From Nitrospirota bacterium (GTDB lineage Bacteria; Nitrospirota; Thermodesulfovibrionia; Thermodesulfovibrionales; JdFR-88), in assembly GCA_021788025.1 (NCBI GenBank), contig JAJYLE010000001.1:1-59339 (forward strand): a DNA stretch of 59,339 nt. Reading direction: 5' to 3'. Both the position numbers and the translations under genes were made by a program. Below the pieces are notes generated by a model that was given only the letters and a program-made list of their open reading frames with translations, ran no database searches and was not told the origin of the DNA. This document shows positions 44,728 to 53,437 of the stretch, piece by piece. Within the stretch, counting starts at the first letter, position 1; every line of letters begins with the position of its first letter.

Positions 44728-45297
44728 TTATCCCCTTTCCGAAAGCATTTTTTTTGTGTGGACCATCCGTTGGACAACCGTGAAGTGCGTGGCAAAGAAC
44801 ATGGCCCACAGCACAGGTATCATGTATCCCGTAAGCGCGCCCGCGATGATGAACACCAGCCTCTCGGGGCGTTCCATAAGCCCTATCTTGCACTGCACGC
44901 CAAGCCCTTCGGCGCGGGCCCTTGAGTAGCTTATGAGGAAGGCCCCGGCAAGAGTGCCCATCGCCAGAAGCACGCCTATTATGTTTGTCCTTAGATAGTA
45001 TGCCACGCCAAAGAAGATGAAGGCATCTGAATAGCGGTCCAGGACGGAATCCAGATATGCGCCAAACCTGGTGGACTTGCCGTTGGCCCTGGCCACCATC
45101 CCGTCCAGGCTGTCGAATAATCCTCCGAACAGGATTATAAGCCCGCCCGCCCTGAGATTAAACGCAACCACTGCCGCGCCGGCCACCGTTATCAGGAAAC
45201 CCGTTAGGGTGATGACATTAGGGCTTACGGATACTCTCTTGAAAACCGGGGCCAGCGGCGCCTCGACCAGGTTTTTGGATATTCTGCCGGAGATCAC
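44728..45297 (-). CDS. CDP-alcohol phosphatidyltransferase (candidate phosphatidylinositol-phosphate synthase)
   Basis: 189 aa, polytopic, with the full motif DSLDGMVAR-x8-G-x3-D-x3-D. Its start overlaps the ino1 stop by 4 nt. Confidence 0.8.
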   Translation of the reverse strand: MISGRISKNLVEAPLAPVFKRVSVSPNVITLTGFLITVAGAAVVAFNLRAGGLIILFGGLFDSLDGMVARANGKSTRFGAYLDSVLDRYSDAFIFFGVAYYLRTNIIGVLLAMGTLAGAFLISYSRARAEGLGVQCKIGLMERPERLVFIIAGALTGYMIPVLWAMFFATHFTVVQRMVHTKKMLSERG

Positions 45298-46394
45298 TGG
45301 CCTATTTTACCAGCGACGAAGTCCTCCACCATCTGGCGGGCCTCCGAATCGGGGAACTGCCTTGGCGGATGCTTCATGAAGTAAGCCGACGGGGCCACGA
45401 GCGCCCCTTTCAATTTCCTGTCCAGCGCTATTTTTATGCACCGGACGGCGTCTATGACAACCCCTGCGCTGTTGGGGGAATCCTCCACGGACAGCCTTAA
45501 TTCCAGGTTAATGGGGATGTTACCAAATATCCTGCCCTCCATGCGGACAAAGCACACCTTGTTGTCGCACAACCACGGAACGTAATCGGACGGCCCTATA
45601 TGTATCCGCTCCGCCTCCAGCGGGGTGCGCAGCTGGCTTTGCACGGAGGACGTTTTGGATATCTTTTTGGATTTCAGCCTGCTGGCATTCAGCATGTTAA
45701 GGAAGTCCGTATTGCCGCCAACGTTAAGCTGGTAGGTGCGGTCCAGCTTTGCGCCCCTGTCCTCAAATAGTTTAGTCAGGGTGCGGTGGATTATTGTGGC
45801 CCCTATCTGGCTTTTTATGTCGTCACCGATTATGGGCAGGCCCGCCTCTTCCATCCGGCCGGCCCAGGCGGGATCCGAGGCGATGAAGACGGGCATGCAG
45901 TTTACCACGCCCACATTCGCCTTAATTGCCTCGCCCACGTAGAACTTTACGGCCTGCTCCGAACCCACTGGCAGGAAGTTAACAAGCACCTCTGCCCCGC
46001 TTTTTTTCAGGGCGGACGCCACGTTGACCGGTTTTTTGGCGCTGGGCTGGAAGCGGCGCGTATCCGGATAATCGCTCATGTGGGCGGAAACACCGTCCAG
46101 TATGTGCCCCATCCTGATGGGTATATCGTTTGCCGGGTTTTGCCAGATGGTTTTGGTGCAGTTGGGCTGGGCGAATATGGCTTCGGAAAGGGGTCTGCCA
46201 ACCTTCCTTTTATCGATGTCGAAGGCGGCCACAATATCTACGTCCCCGGCGCCGTAAGGCCCTATCTTTTCGTGCATCAGGCCAAGTGTGCCGTCCGGAT
46301 GCCCTTTGCCAAGAGCCCTGTAATGCTCGATCCCCTGGACAAGCGAACTTGCGCAATTGCCCACTCCGACGATTGCTGCCCTGATCTTCCGCAT
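45294..46394 (-). CDS. ino1: myo-Inositol-1-phosphate synthase
   Basis: 366 aa. The N-terminus IRAAIVGVGNCASSLVQGIEHY and the overall sequence are typical of the bacterial/archaeal MIPS family. Confidence 0.9.
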   Translation of the reverse strand: MRKIRAAIVGVGNCASSLVQGIEHYRALGKGHPDGTLGLMHEKIGPYGAGDVDIVAAFDIDKRKVGRPLSEAIFAQPNCTKTIWQNPANDIPIRMGHILDGVSAHMSDYPDTRRFQPSAKKPVNVASALKKSGAEVLVNFLPVGSEQAVKFYVGEAIKANVGVVNCMPVFIASDPAWAGRMEEAGLPIIGDDIKSQIGATIIHRTLTKLFEDRGAKLDRTYQLNVGGNTDFLNMLNASRLKSKKISKTSSVQSQLRTPLEAERIHIGPSDYVPWLCDNKVCFVRMEGRIFGNIPINLELRLSVEDSPNSAGVVIDAVRCIKIALDRKLKGALVAPSAYFMKHPPRQFPDSEARQMVEDFVAGKIGQ

Positions 46395-46460
46395 CCCCGG
46401 AATTCTTGCCTTTCCTTTTGCCAGACGGAATTTTAATGCGGCGTTTTTAACATGGAACTG

Positions 46461-46489
46461 CTTTCAAACCTTTATACCGCAGTTCGGTT
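46461..46489 (-). promoter_or_regulatory. Sigma70-type promoter of the ino1 operon (TTGACA, 17-nt spacer, TATAAA)
   Basis: The minus strand has TTGACA (46489-46484), an exactly 17-nt spacer and TATAAA (46466-46461), about 65 nt upstream of the ino1 ATG. Confidence 0.45.
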
Positions 46490-46542
46490 TTTATGTCAAG
46501 GGCAAACAGGCTAAAACCGCGCATTTTCAAGCTGTTACAACG

Positions 46543-46944
46543 CTAACTTTTCCCGTATAGAGAAGTCATCATGTTATAGACGAACAGCGCTATGGAGGCA
46601 ACCTCTATCGCCCCAAAGAGGGCCGACACCCGCATATACGCGCCCGTGCCTGTATAGTACGCGGCGGTATAGAAGCCAAGCATGCCAATAAGCCCGCCGT
46701 TGGCCAGCCAGAACTGTGTCTCCGCAAGTGTTTTGCTTTTAAGCGCCTTGCCGGCAAACCTTGGCAGGATATGATAGCCCACCCCGTAGATCATCATGGA
46801 TACCCACCCAAGCAGCATTAGATGGGAATGCACGAACTTGAGGCCAAGGTACTTTGGGTTGCCCAGCATCATAACGCCGATAATCGAAGCCGCCAGCAGA
46901 TATGTGATGCTCATAAAGATGAAACGCTTTACAAACCTGTCCAT
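46543..46944 (-). CDS. Four-TM membrane protein with heme-copper-oxidase-subunit-I-like His motif
   Basis: 133 aa and hydrophobic. VHSHLMLLGWVSMMIYGVGYHILPRF resembles the HxH...G...P helix pair of oxidase subunit I. Function unknown. Confidence 0.5.
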   Translation of the reverse strand: MDRFVKRFIFMSITYLLAASIIGVMMLGNPKYLGLKFVHSHLMLLGWVSMMIYGVGYHILPRFAGKALKSKTLAETQFWLANGGLIGMLGFYTAAYYTGTGAYMRVSALFGAIEVASIALFVYNMMTSLYGKS

Positions 46945-47100
46945 CAGGCCCTCCTGTTTTTTATTTGCAGTTAGATTTTAAATCTATTCACTGCAATTAT
47001 GAATGATCTGCGTCATGACGGGCTTATGATGCCTGTCATAAACTCTTTTAAAGAGGTGGGATAAAATAAAATCAGGATTGAAACTGAAAGGAGACCCCAG

Positions 47101-47307
47101 ATGAAGGTAACAAAGGATTCACTGATCGGCGACGTGATAGATTCCAGCCCGGAAGCAAGGGGCGTTATAGAGAAATATTTCGGCAACGGCTGCTTTACCT
47201 GCCCCGGTATAAAGGTGGAGTCATTGTCCTTCGGGGCGATGATGCACAATGTTGATCCCGATAAGGTAATAGACGAAATAAACAAGGAGGGCAAAAATGA
47301 AGGTTAA
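47101..47307 (+). CDS. DUF1858 / hybrid-cluster-protein-associated redox-disulfide domain protein
   Basis: 68 aa. VTKDSLIGDVID..PEARGVIEKYFGNGCFTCPG...SLSFGAMMHNVDPDKVIDEIN matches the DUF1858 CxxC pattern. GAAAGGAG lies upstream of the ATG. Confidence 0.7.
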   Translation: MKVTKDSLIGDVIDSSPEARGVIEKYFGNGCFTCPGIKVESLSFGAMMHNVDPDKVIDEINKEGKNEG

Positions 47308-47425
47308 ATGCTTTGTTTGCGGCGCTGAGGAAACGGACAAGGTATATCTGCACTGCGTGCACGAGGGCGTGGAGAAGCTTGTGTGCACCAGGTGCCTGCC
47401 GATGCTGATCCACGGAGCGCACTGA
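47297..47425 (+). CDS. 42-aa CxxC/CxxC zinc-finger-like protein (not in ORF track)
   Basis: Hand translation: MKVKCFVCGAEETDKVYLHCVHEGVEKLVCTRCLPMLIHGAH. AAGGAGG lies 5 nt upstream of the ATG. It overlaps the DUF1858 stop by 11 nt. Confidence 0.5.
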   Translation: MKVKCFVCGAEETDKVYLHCVHEGVEKLVCTRCLPMLIHGAH

Positions 47426-47436
47426 TTCAACGCCTC

Positions 47437-48189
47437 TCATAAACCTTTTTCCAGTCTTTCTATAAGCGGCGGCGGAAGGTTCCTTTCTCCCGCCGCTCTC
47501 ATCTTCTGCTGTGTGCGCCGGAAATTGTATGGCACACGCATAATCTCCGCCTTCCCGCCCGACAGCCTGAGCCATGATGCCCTGGGGTCCCCGTCCCTTG
47601 GCTGGCCCACGCTGCCGCCGTTAATGATAAACCGGCTGGCAGATATGGCCGCGCGTCTTTTTTTTAGCGCGAGGCCGCCGTCCGGAAGCTGTTCTATTAT
47701 GAAGGGCAGATGGCTGTGGCCTATCAGGCATATTTGCTCGCTGAAATGCCTGAAATTCTCCTCCGCCTGTTTAAGCGTAATGATGTAATGCCACCTTTCC
47801 GGCTCTGAAGGGCTTCCGTGGACCAGAAGCAGGCTGTTTTCGGCTACTCGGTTTACGAGCTTCCATTTCTCCATTATCAGCCTGCTTTCCGGCGTGATGA
47901 CGCTGGCTGTCCACTCTATGGCGATTCTGGCGTTGAGGTTGAAGTAAGTGATATCCGTGAGTTCCAGGACCGCCCAGTCGTGATTGCCCGCAACGGCCCG
48001 CCGGGCAACTTCGTTTATTTTTCCCACACATTCATTGGGGTTGGGGCCGTAGCCCACGGCGTCGCCCAGGAAGAGGATTTCGGGTGAGCCCATCTTAAGG
48101 CGGATATCGGCCAGGACGGCCTCAAGCGCCTCCAGGTTGGAGTGGACATCGGAGATAACGGCGTAATCAGAGCCCGGTTCTGCGGCCAT
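47437..48189 (-). CDS. Metallophosphoesterase (calcineurin-like, ApaH/YfcE-type)
   Basis: 250 aa with the motifs ISDVHSN, LGDAVGYGP, GNHD and GHSH. Confidence 0.8.
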   Translation of the reverse strand: MAAEPGSDYAVISDVHSNLEALEAVLADIRLKMGSPEILFLGDAVGYGPNPNECVGKINEVARRAVAGNHDWAVLELTDITYFNLNARIAIEWTASVITPESRLIMEKWKLVNRVAENSLLLVHGSPSEPERWHYIITLKQAEENFRHFSEQICLIGHSHLPFIIEQLPDGGLALKKRRAAISASRFIINGGSVGQPRDGDPRASWLRLSGGKAEIMRVPYNFRRTQQKMRAAGERNLPPPLIERLEKGL

Positions 48190-48197
48190 GCCCTATT

Positions 48198-48608
48198 TTA
48201 CGCCCGCCCCTTGATCCTCGCTATCTTGTCCAGTATGCCGTTTATGAACGAGGCCGATTCCCTCATTGAAAACTTTTTTGCTACCTCTATGGCCTCGTTT
48301 ATAACAACGGCCGGAGGTATCTCCTCCTTGAAAACCAGTTCATACGCGGCGCTCCGCAGGATGTTGCGGTCCACAATGGCCATGCGGTCCAGCACCCAGT
48401 TTTCCGCGTTTTCGGTGATAAGCCTGTCCAGTTCCTCAATGTGGCCGGCTGCGCCCTTTACCAAATCCTCCGCGAATTTTTTTACGTCCTGCGGCTCATC
48501 GAGGTTCTGCCAGAACCGGCTGAAGAAGGCCGCATCCGGCTTTTCCGTTCCGAAATCAAGCTGAAACAGCATCTGAAGGGCATACTCCCTGGCTTTCCTT
48601 CGTTTCAT
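48198..48608 (-). CDS. nusB: Transcription antitermination factor NusB
   Basis: 136 aa, RRKAREYALQMLFQ...DRMAIVDRNILR...EAIEVAKKF. It follows ribH, as in many bacteria. Confidence 0.9.
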   Translation of the reverse strand: MKRRKAREYALQMLFQLDFGTEKPDAAFFSRFWQNLDEPQDVKKFAEDLVKGAAGHIEELDRLITENAENWVLDRMAIVDRNILRSAAYELVFKEEIPPAVVINEAIEVAKKFSMRESASFINGILDKIARIKGRA

Positions 48609-48624
48609 TCTGCTTAAAAACTTC

Positions 48625-49110
48625 CTATTTTTTCTTCCCGGGCAGCTTTTTAAAAAGCCTGGCCATCTCTATGGCGGTAAGGGCGGCATCCCATCCCTTG
48701 TTGCCGCTTTTGGTGCCGGCCCTCTCCACGGCCTGCTCGATGGTATCGGCGGTAATCACGCCAAAAGCCATGGGGAGCCCCGTTTCCAGGGAACCCTGCG
48801 CCACGCCTTTGGAAACCTCGGCCGCCACGTAGTCGAAATGCGGAGTTGCGCCCCTTATTACCGCGCCAAGGCAGATCACGGCATCATACCCGCTGCCGGC
48901 CATCTTTCTTGCGGCCAGCGGTATCTCGAATGCGCCCGGCACCTTGACAATGTCTATGTCCTCTTCGCTGGCGCCGTGCCTTTTCAGAGCATCCAGAGCG
49001 CCTTCCAACAGTCTGCCGGTTATGAAATCGTTAAAGCGGCTTACAACAATACCGAACCTGAGCCCTTCGGCCTTAAGCTCACCTTCAAAGAAGTTCATCT
49101 CTACCCCCAT
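48625..49110 (-). CDS. ribH: 6,7-dimethyl-8-ribityllumazine synthase
   Basis: About 157-161 aa (ATG at 49110 or 49098) with [33 protein letters not shown]. Confidence 0.9.
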   Translation of the reverse strand: MGVEMNFFEGELKAEGLRFGIVVSRFNDFITGRLLEGALDALKRHGASEEDIDIVKVPGAFEIPLAARKMAGSGYDAVICLGAVIRGATPHFDYVAAEVSKGVAQGSLETGLPMAFGVITADTIEQAVERAGTKSGNKGWDAALTAIEMARLFKKLPGKKK

Positions 49111-49248
49111 TTCCTTTCTCTTTCAGGGTGCAATCCCGGGGACTGGGGCCAATCTGCCCGCCCCGGCAAACCTTTATTTTACGCGATTTGCCATCCTGCG
49201 TCCAAAAAATTTCAATTTTGATATTTCAGCCTGTTATAATCAAACGTT

Positions 49249-49866
49249 ATGATTGCAGTGGTAGATTACGGCATGGGGAACTTAAGGAGCGTGGAAAAGG
49301 CCCTCCAGATGGTTGGAGCGGACGCACGGATAGTCTCCTCCGCGCAGGCCGTAAAGGACGCCAGGGGAGTGGTCCTGCCGGGGGTGGGCGCGTTCAGCGA
49401 CTGCATGAGAAACCTTGAATCGCAGGGCCTCAAAATCCCCGTGCTGGACGCCATCAAATCCGGCAAGCCGTTTTTAGGCATCTGCCTGGGCCTGCAATTG
49501 CTGTTTACGGAATCCTGCGAGTTTGGAAGGCATGAGGGATTGGGTGTGTTTGCCGGGAAGGTAGTCCGTTTCCCGGAGCAAACATCACTGAAGGTCCCGC
49601 ACATGGGCTGGAATTCAATAAGCATAATCAATAAGGCCCCCCTGCTTGAAGACATACAGAACGGCGCAAGTTTTTACTTTGTGCATTCCTATTATGTTGT
49701 GCCCGAAGACGCCTCCATAACCGCAACTACTACGTCTTACGGTGTTGAATATACCTCGATGGTGTGGAAGGACAATGTTTTTGCCACCCAGTTCCATCCG
49801 GAGAAGAGCCAGGCGGTTGGGCTTAACATGCTGGCATCCTTTAAAAAATTTGTAGAAAAGAATTAG
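49249..49866 (+). CDS. hisH: Imidazole glycerol phosphate synthase, glutamine amidotransferase subunit HisH
   Basis: 205 aa with IAVVDYGMGNLRSV, LPGVGAF, GICLGLQLL and FHPEKS. Confidence 0.9.
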   Translation: MIAVVDYGMGNLRSVEKALQMVGADARIVSSAQAVKDARGVVLPGVGAFSDCMRNLESQGLKIPVLDAIKSGKPFLGICLGLQLLFTESCEFGRHEGLGVFAGKVVRFPEQTSLKVPHMGWNSISIINKAPLLEDIQNGASFYFVHSYYVVPEDASITATTTSYGVEYTSMVWKDNVFATQFHPEKSQAVGLNMLASFKKFVEKN

Positions 49867-49962
49867 TCTTCCCTGCCGTCCCTTTCTGCCCTATAATGTT
49901 CCTATCAGCATTCTCTCCGGTTCCTGCATCAGGTAAAATCGCCGAAAAGGAAACAGCAAGGG

Positions 49963-51072
49963 ATGAAAGGGCTCAAGATCGCACTTTTATTGCTTATGCT
50001 GGCATTGACAGCGGACGTGGGCAGGTTTTTCTTCTTTCCGCGAATATCGGTGCTCCGCAAATCCGCGCCGGAAGAATCCGCCATGATGCGCCTTCGCCAG
50101 AGGCAATGGCGGAAATTGGGAATCCGGAGAAAGCCTGTAAGGATATGGGTCCCCTATTCAGACATATCGCCTAATCTCATAAAGGCGGTGCTTATAAGCG
50201 AGGATGAGAACTTCTGGACACACGACGGGTTTGACCTGCCCGCCTTGCAGAAGGCGATAGAGGCAGACATGAAGGCCGGAAGGTTTAAGTTCGGCGGAAG
50301 CACCATAACCCAGCAGCTTGCAAAAAATCTCTTCCTTACGCCCGCAAAAACTCCCTTCAGGAAGATCAAAGAGGCAATCCTTACCTGGAGGCTGGAAAAG
50401 GACTTGTCGAAGAAGAGGATCCTGGAGCTTTATCTCAATTACGCGCAGTGGGGAGAGGGCATATTCGGGGCCGAGGCTGCATCCAGGTATTATTTTGCAA
50501 AACCAGCCAGTGCGCTTACGCCTATTGAGGCCGCAAAACTGGCAGCCTCGCTGCCGAACCCGGTAAGATTCAGCCCCAATGCTCAAAGCAGGTTTGCCGA
50601 GCGCCGCGTCAGGACAATTTACAGGCTTATGGCCAGGCGGGACGCATTCAACGAGGGGCTTGAAAAAATTATGGCTGAAATTGAGCAGCAAAACCAGGCC
50701 GGGGAGGGCCGGAAAGAACTCCTGGCAGTGGAAAACGGTTCAGGGCCATCACTTGCTTCGGAGGTAAAGCGCCGTCCATCCATAAAACCTTACGCAGTCC
50801 ATGCTATAAGGAAGGCCCGTTCTGAAAACAGGCATGTCATGGGCAGGGCCAAAACGGTTTCTTTTCATTACAAAATCACAGCTGCCAGGCATGCGGCAAA
50901 AAAACAGGAAAAACTTAAATGGGCCAAAGCCTCCCCTGTCCATTTCCGGGCAAAACATGATAAAAAGGCCGCCCGTACTGCAAGGAAAATCTATCCAGCA
51001 CGCAAAAACTCTCTTCAGGCTATGGGCGGCCCTGCATTTAATTTCCCCGAAAATCTTCAGCCTACCCCTTGA
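49963..51072 (+). CDS. mtgA: Monofunctional peptidoglycan glycosyltransferase MtgA with basic C-terminal extension
   Basis: 369 aa with an N-terminal anchor and GT51 motifs (SEDENFWTHDGFD, GGSTITQQLAKN, RKIKEA, ILELYLN). The last roughly 140 aa are K/R/H-rich with no domain I recognise. Confidence 0.8.
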   Translation: MKGLKIALLLLMLALTADVGRFFFFPRISVLRKSAPEESAMMRLRQRQWRKLGIRRKPVRIWVPYSDISPNLIKAVLISEDENFWTHDGFDLPALQKAIEADMKAGRFKFGGSTITQQLAKNLFLTPAKTPFRKIKEAILTWRLEKDLSKKRILELYLNYAQWGEGIFGAEAASRYYFAKPASALTPIEAAKLAASLPNPVRFSPNAQSRFAERRVRTIYRLMARRDAFNEGLEKIMAEIEQQNQAGEGRKELLAVENGSGPSLASEVKRRPSIKPYAVHAIRKARSENRHVMGRAKTVSFHYKITAARHAAKKQEKLKWAKASPVHFRAKHDKKAARTARKIYPARKNSLQAMGGPAFNFPENLQPTP

Positions 51073-51229
51073 GTTCCGGGCAGGATTGCCGCCCTGGTGT
51101 AATTGCATATCTGTCCAAAATAACAATTCAAAGTAAAACCTTGCACGGAGTTGATTTTTAGTGTTGGGGCGCGTTACCTGCCTGATTGTTCACATCTTTG
51201 CCACCAAAGGCCGGAGAATGCCCCCCAAA

Positions 51230-51238
51230 TGCTATAAT
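51230..51238 (+). promoter_or_regulatory. Extended -10 promoter element (TGCTATAAT) for the small ORF / trpBA-accD-folC-lptD block
   Basis: Perfect TGnTATAAT ending 8 nt before the ATG at 51247. There is no SD in between, so the transcript would be leaderless or nearly so. Confidence 0.35.
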
Positions 51239-51246
51239 ATCTCCTT

Positions 51247-51459
51247 ATGAATAACGGGCCAGCCAAGTGGAGGCCGGAGGGCGTTTTGCCCTTATGTCCG
51301 GTCTGCGGCAGGGAGCTTGCCCCTGAAGCGCACGGGCCGGACGGGTATTTGTGCAAGTGCGGCGAGGTTATAGCAGACAGGCTTGTGGCAGAGCCCTTCG
51401 AGGGCTGCACCCACGGGCTAAACTGCAACTGCGGCCGCGAAAGAAGGAAGCGCAATTGA
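51247..51459 (+). CDS. 70-aa Cys-rich (zinc-ribbon-like) protein, translationally coupled to trpB
   Basis: [40 protein letters not shown]...[10 protein letters not shown]. Its TGA overlaps the trpB TTG start (ATTGA). Codon style is similar to the neighbours. No family recognised. Confidence 0.4.
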   Translation: MNNGPAKWRPEGVLPLCPVCGRELAPEAHGPDGYLCKCGEVIADRLVAEPFEGCTHGLNCNCGRERRKRN

Positions 51460-52649
51460 GCGGTAAAAGCAAAAAATGGTATTTCGGGCCTTACGGAGGG
51501 CGGTTTGTGCCGGAAACACTCATGCCCGCCCTGGAAGAGCTGGAGCACGAATACTTCAAGGCCAGAAAAGACGCGGGCTTCAAACGCGAATTTGACAGCC
51601 TTGCCGGTAAGTTCATAGGCAGGCCTACCCCTCTTTATTTTGCCAAACGGCTTACGCAAAACCTGGGCGGGGCGAAGATATACCTTAAACGGGAGGACCT
51701 GGCCCACACCGGCGCCCACAAGATAAACAACGCGCTTGGGCAGGCGCTGCTTGCAAAGAAGATGGGCAAGAAGCGTGTGATAGCTGAAACCGGGGCCGGC
51801 CAGCATGGTGTTGCCGTGGCAACCGGCGCCGCGCTTCTGGGGCTGGACTGCGTTATATACATGGGCTCTGTGGACATCAAGCGCCAGGCCCTGAACGTGT
51901 TCAGGATGAAGCTCCTTGGCGCGGAAGTGCGCGAAGTAAGCGCTGGGAGCAAGACCCTCAAGGACGCCATAAACGAGGCCTTGCGGGATTGGACAACCAA
52001 TGTGCGCAACACGCATTACGTTTTAGGCACGGTGTTTGGCCCCCATCCCTTCCCGGAGATGGTGAGGGATTTCCAGTCCGTAATAGGCAGGGAGGCCAGG
52101 GCGCAGATATTGAAAGCGGAAGGACGGCTTCCGGACCATATGATAGCCTGCGTGGGCGGCGGCAGCAACGCCATCGGGCTTTTTCATGCCTTCCTCAAAG
52201 AAAAAAAGATAACAATGACCGGTGTGGAGGCAGGCGGCCTGGGGATCAGGTCCGGCAAGCATGCTGCAAGATTTGCCGGCGGCTCCGTGGGCGTTTTGCA
52301 GGGTACAAAAAGCTACCTGCTTCAGGACGAGGACGGAAACGTGCTTGACACCCACTCCGTATCGGCAGGGCTGGATTATGCTTCCGTAGGCCCGGAACAC
52401 GCCTGGCTGATGCAGTCCGGGCGGGTAAAATATACGTACGCCACCGATGAAGAGGCCCTCGCGGCTTTCGAGCTGCTCTCCCGGACGGAAGGGATAATCC
52501 CGGCGCTGGAGTCCTCCCATGCCATAGCGGAGGCCGTGAAGGCGGCGCCGAAGATGAAGAAAAACAAGATCATCATAGTGAACCTGTCTGGCAGGGGTGA
52601 CAAGGACGTGCTTGAAGTGGCAAGGATAAAAGGGGTGCAGCTTTGCTGA
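51456..52649 (+). CDS. trpB: Tryptophan synthase beta chain
   Basis: Open frame from 51351. A TTG at 51456 preceded by GAAGGAAG gives [19 protein letters not shown]. Contains HTGAHKINN (PLP Lys) and GGGSNAIG. Confidence 0.9.
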   Translation: MSGKSKKWYFGPYGGRFVPETLMPALEELEHEYFKARKDAGFKREFDSLAGKFIGRPTPLYFAKRLTQNLGGAKIYLKREDLAHTGAHKINNALGQALLAKKMGKKRVIAETGAGQHGVAVATGAALLGLDCVIYMGSVDIKRQALNVFRMKLLGAEVREVSAGSKTLKDAINEALRDWTTNVRNTHYVLGTVFGPHPFPEMVRDFQSVIGREARAQILKAEGRLPDHMIACVGGGSNAIGLFHAFLKEKKITMTGVEAGGLGIRSGKHAARFAGGSVGVLQGTKSYLLQDEDGNVLDTHSVSAGLDYASVGPEHAWLMQSGRVKYTYATDEEALAAFELLSRTEGIIPALESSHAIAEAVKAAPKMKKNKIIIVNLSGRGDKDVLEVARIKGVQLC

Positions 52650-53437
52650 AAGCCGGATCCAGGATAGAAGCCAGATTCAAAGAGCTTGCGGCTGCCGGGA
52701 AAAAGGCGTTCATTCCTTATATAATGTCCGGCGATCCGTCTTTAAACGCCTCGCTGCGGCTGGCAGGCACACTGGAAGATGCGGGAGCAGACATCATAGA
52801 GCTTGGCGTCCCGTTTTCCGACCCCGTTGCCGACGGCCCGCTTATCCAGGCGGCGGCGGAGAGGGCGCGCAGGGCCGGGGTGAACCTGCGGAAGGCGCTG
52901 GGGCTTGTGGCCGCTATCCGCAAGCGTTCCAATATCCCGATTGTGCTTATGACCTATTACAACCCGGTGCTGAAGTTCGGAGAGGATAAATTTGCAAAGC
53001 AGGCCGTGGAGGCCGGGGCGGACGGGGTAATCGTGCCCGATCTGCCTGTTGAGGAAGCGGATTTGCTAAAGGAGCATTCATATAAACGCGGGCTGGATAC
53101 CATATTTCTTGCCGCGCCCACTTCCGGGCCTGAGAGGTTCAGGCTGGTCTCAAACGCATCCACCGGATTCATTTATTATGTGTCGCTTACCGGCATTACA
53201 GGGGCAAAACTTGCACATTACGAAGAGATAGAAAAATCCGTAAAGAGGCTTAAAAAATTATCAGGCGGCAAGGCGGTGGCGGTTGGCTTCGGGGTGTCCA
53301 ATCCCGATGAGGCCGGACGGATAGCCAAAATAGCAGACGGGGTGATAGTTGGAAGCGCCGTGGTCCGCAGGGCGCGGGAAGACTCCGCCAGGGATTTTTC
53401 CGCCTGGCTTAAAAGCATGCGCGAGGCCATAGGATGA
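52643..53437 (+). CDS. trpA: Tryptophan synthase alpha chain
   Basis: 264 aa with [27 protein letters not shown] and [10 protein letters not shown]. It overlaps the trpB stop. Confidence 0.9.
   Translation: MLKAGSRIEARFKELAAAGKKAFIPYIMSGDPSLNASLRLAGTLEDAGADIIELGVPFSDPVADGPLIQAAAERARRAGVNLRKALGLVAAIRKRSNIPIVLMTYYNPVLKFGEDKFAKQAVEAGADGVIVPDLPVEEADLLKEHSYKRGLDTIFLAAPTSGPERFRLVSNASTGFIYYVSLTGITGAKLAHYEEIEKSVKRLKKLSGGKAVAVGFGVSNPDEAGRIAKIADGVIVGSAVVRRAREDSARDFSAWLKSMREAIG

Noticed and set aside
49111-49248. FMN riboswitch upstream of ribH
   Set aside because: I read the minus strand of the 138-nt region and could not find the conserved FMN-element core strings. The region is also short for the aptamer plus an expression platform. 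A cmsearch with the FMN model would settle it.
51247-51459. Classical trp attenuator leader peptide
   Set aside because: The ORF is 70 codons with a single Trp and no tandem Trp codons. I saw no alternative terminator/antiterminator pair before trpB.
51174-52016. 280-aa minus-strand ORF opposite the small Cys-rich ORF and trpB
   Set aside because: It lies antisense to trpB, which has the PLP-Lys motif and full-length family similarity. It has no recognisable domain.
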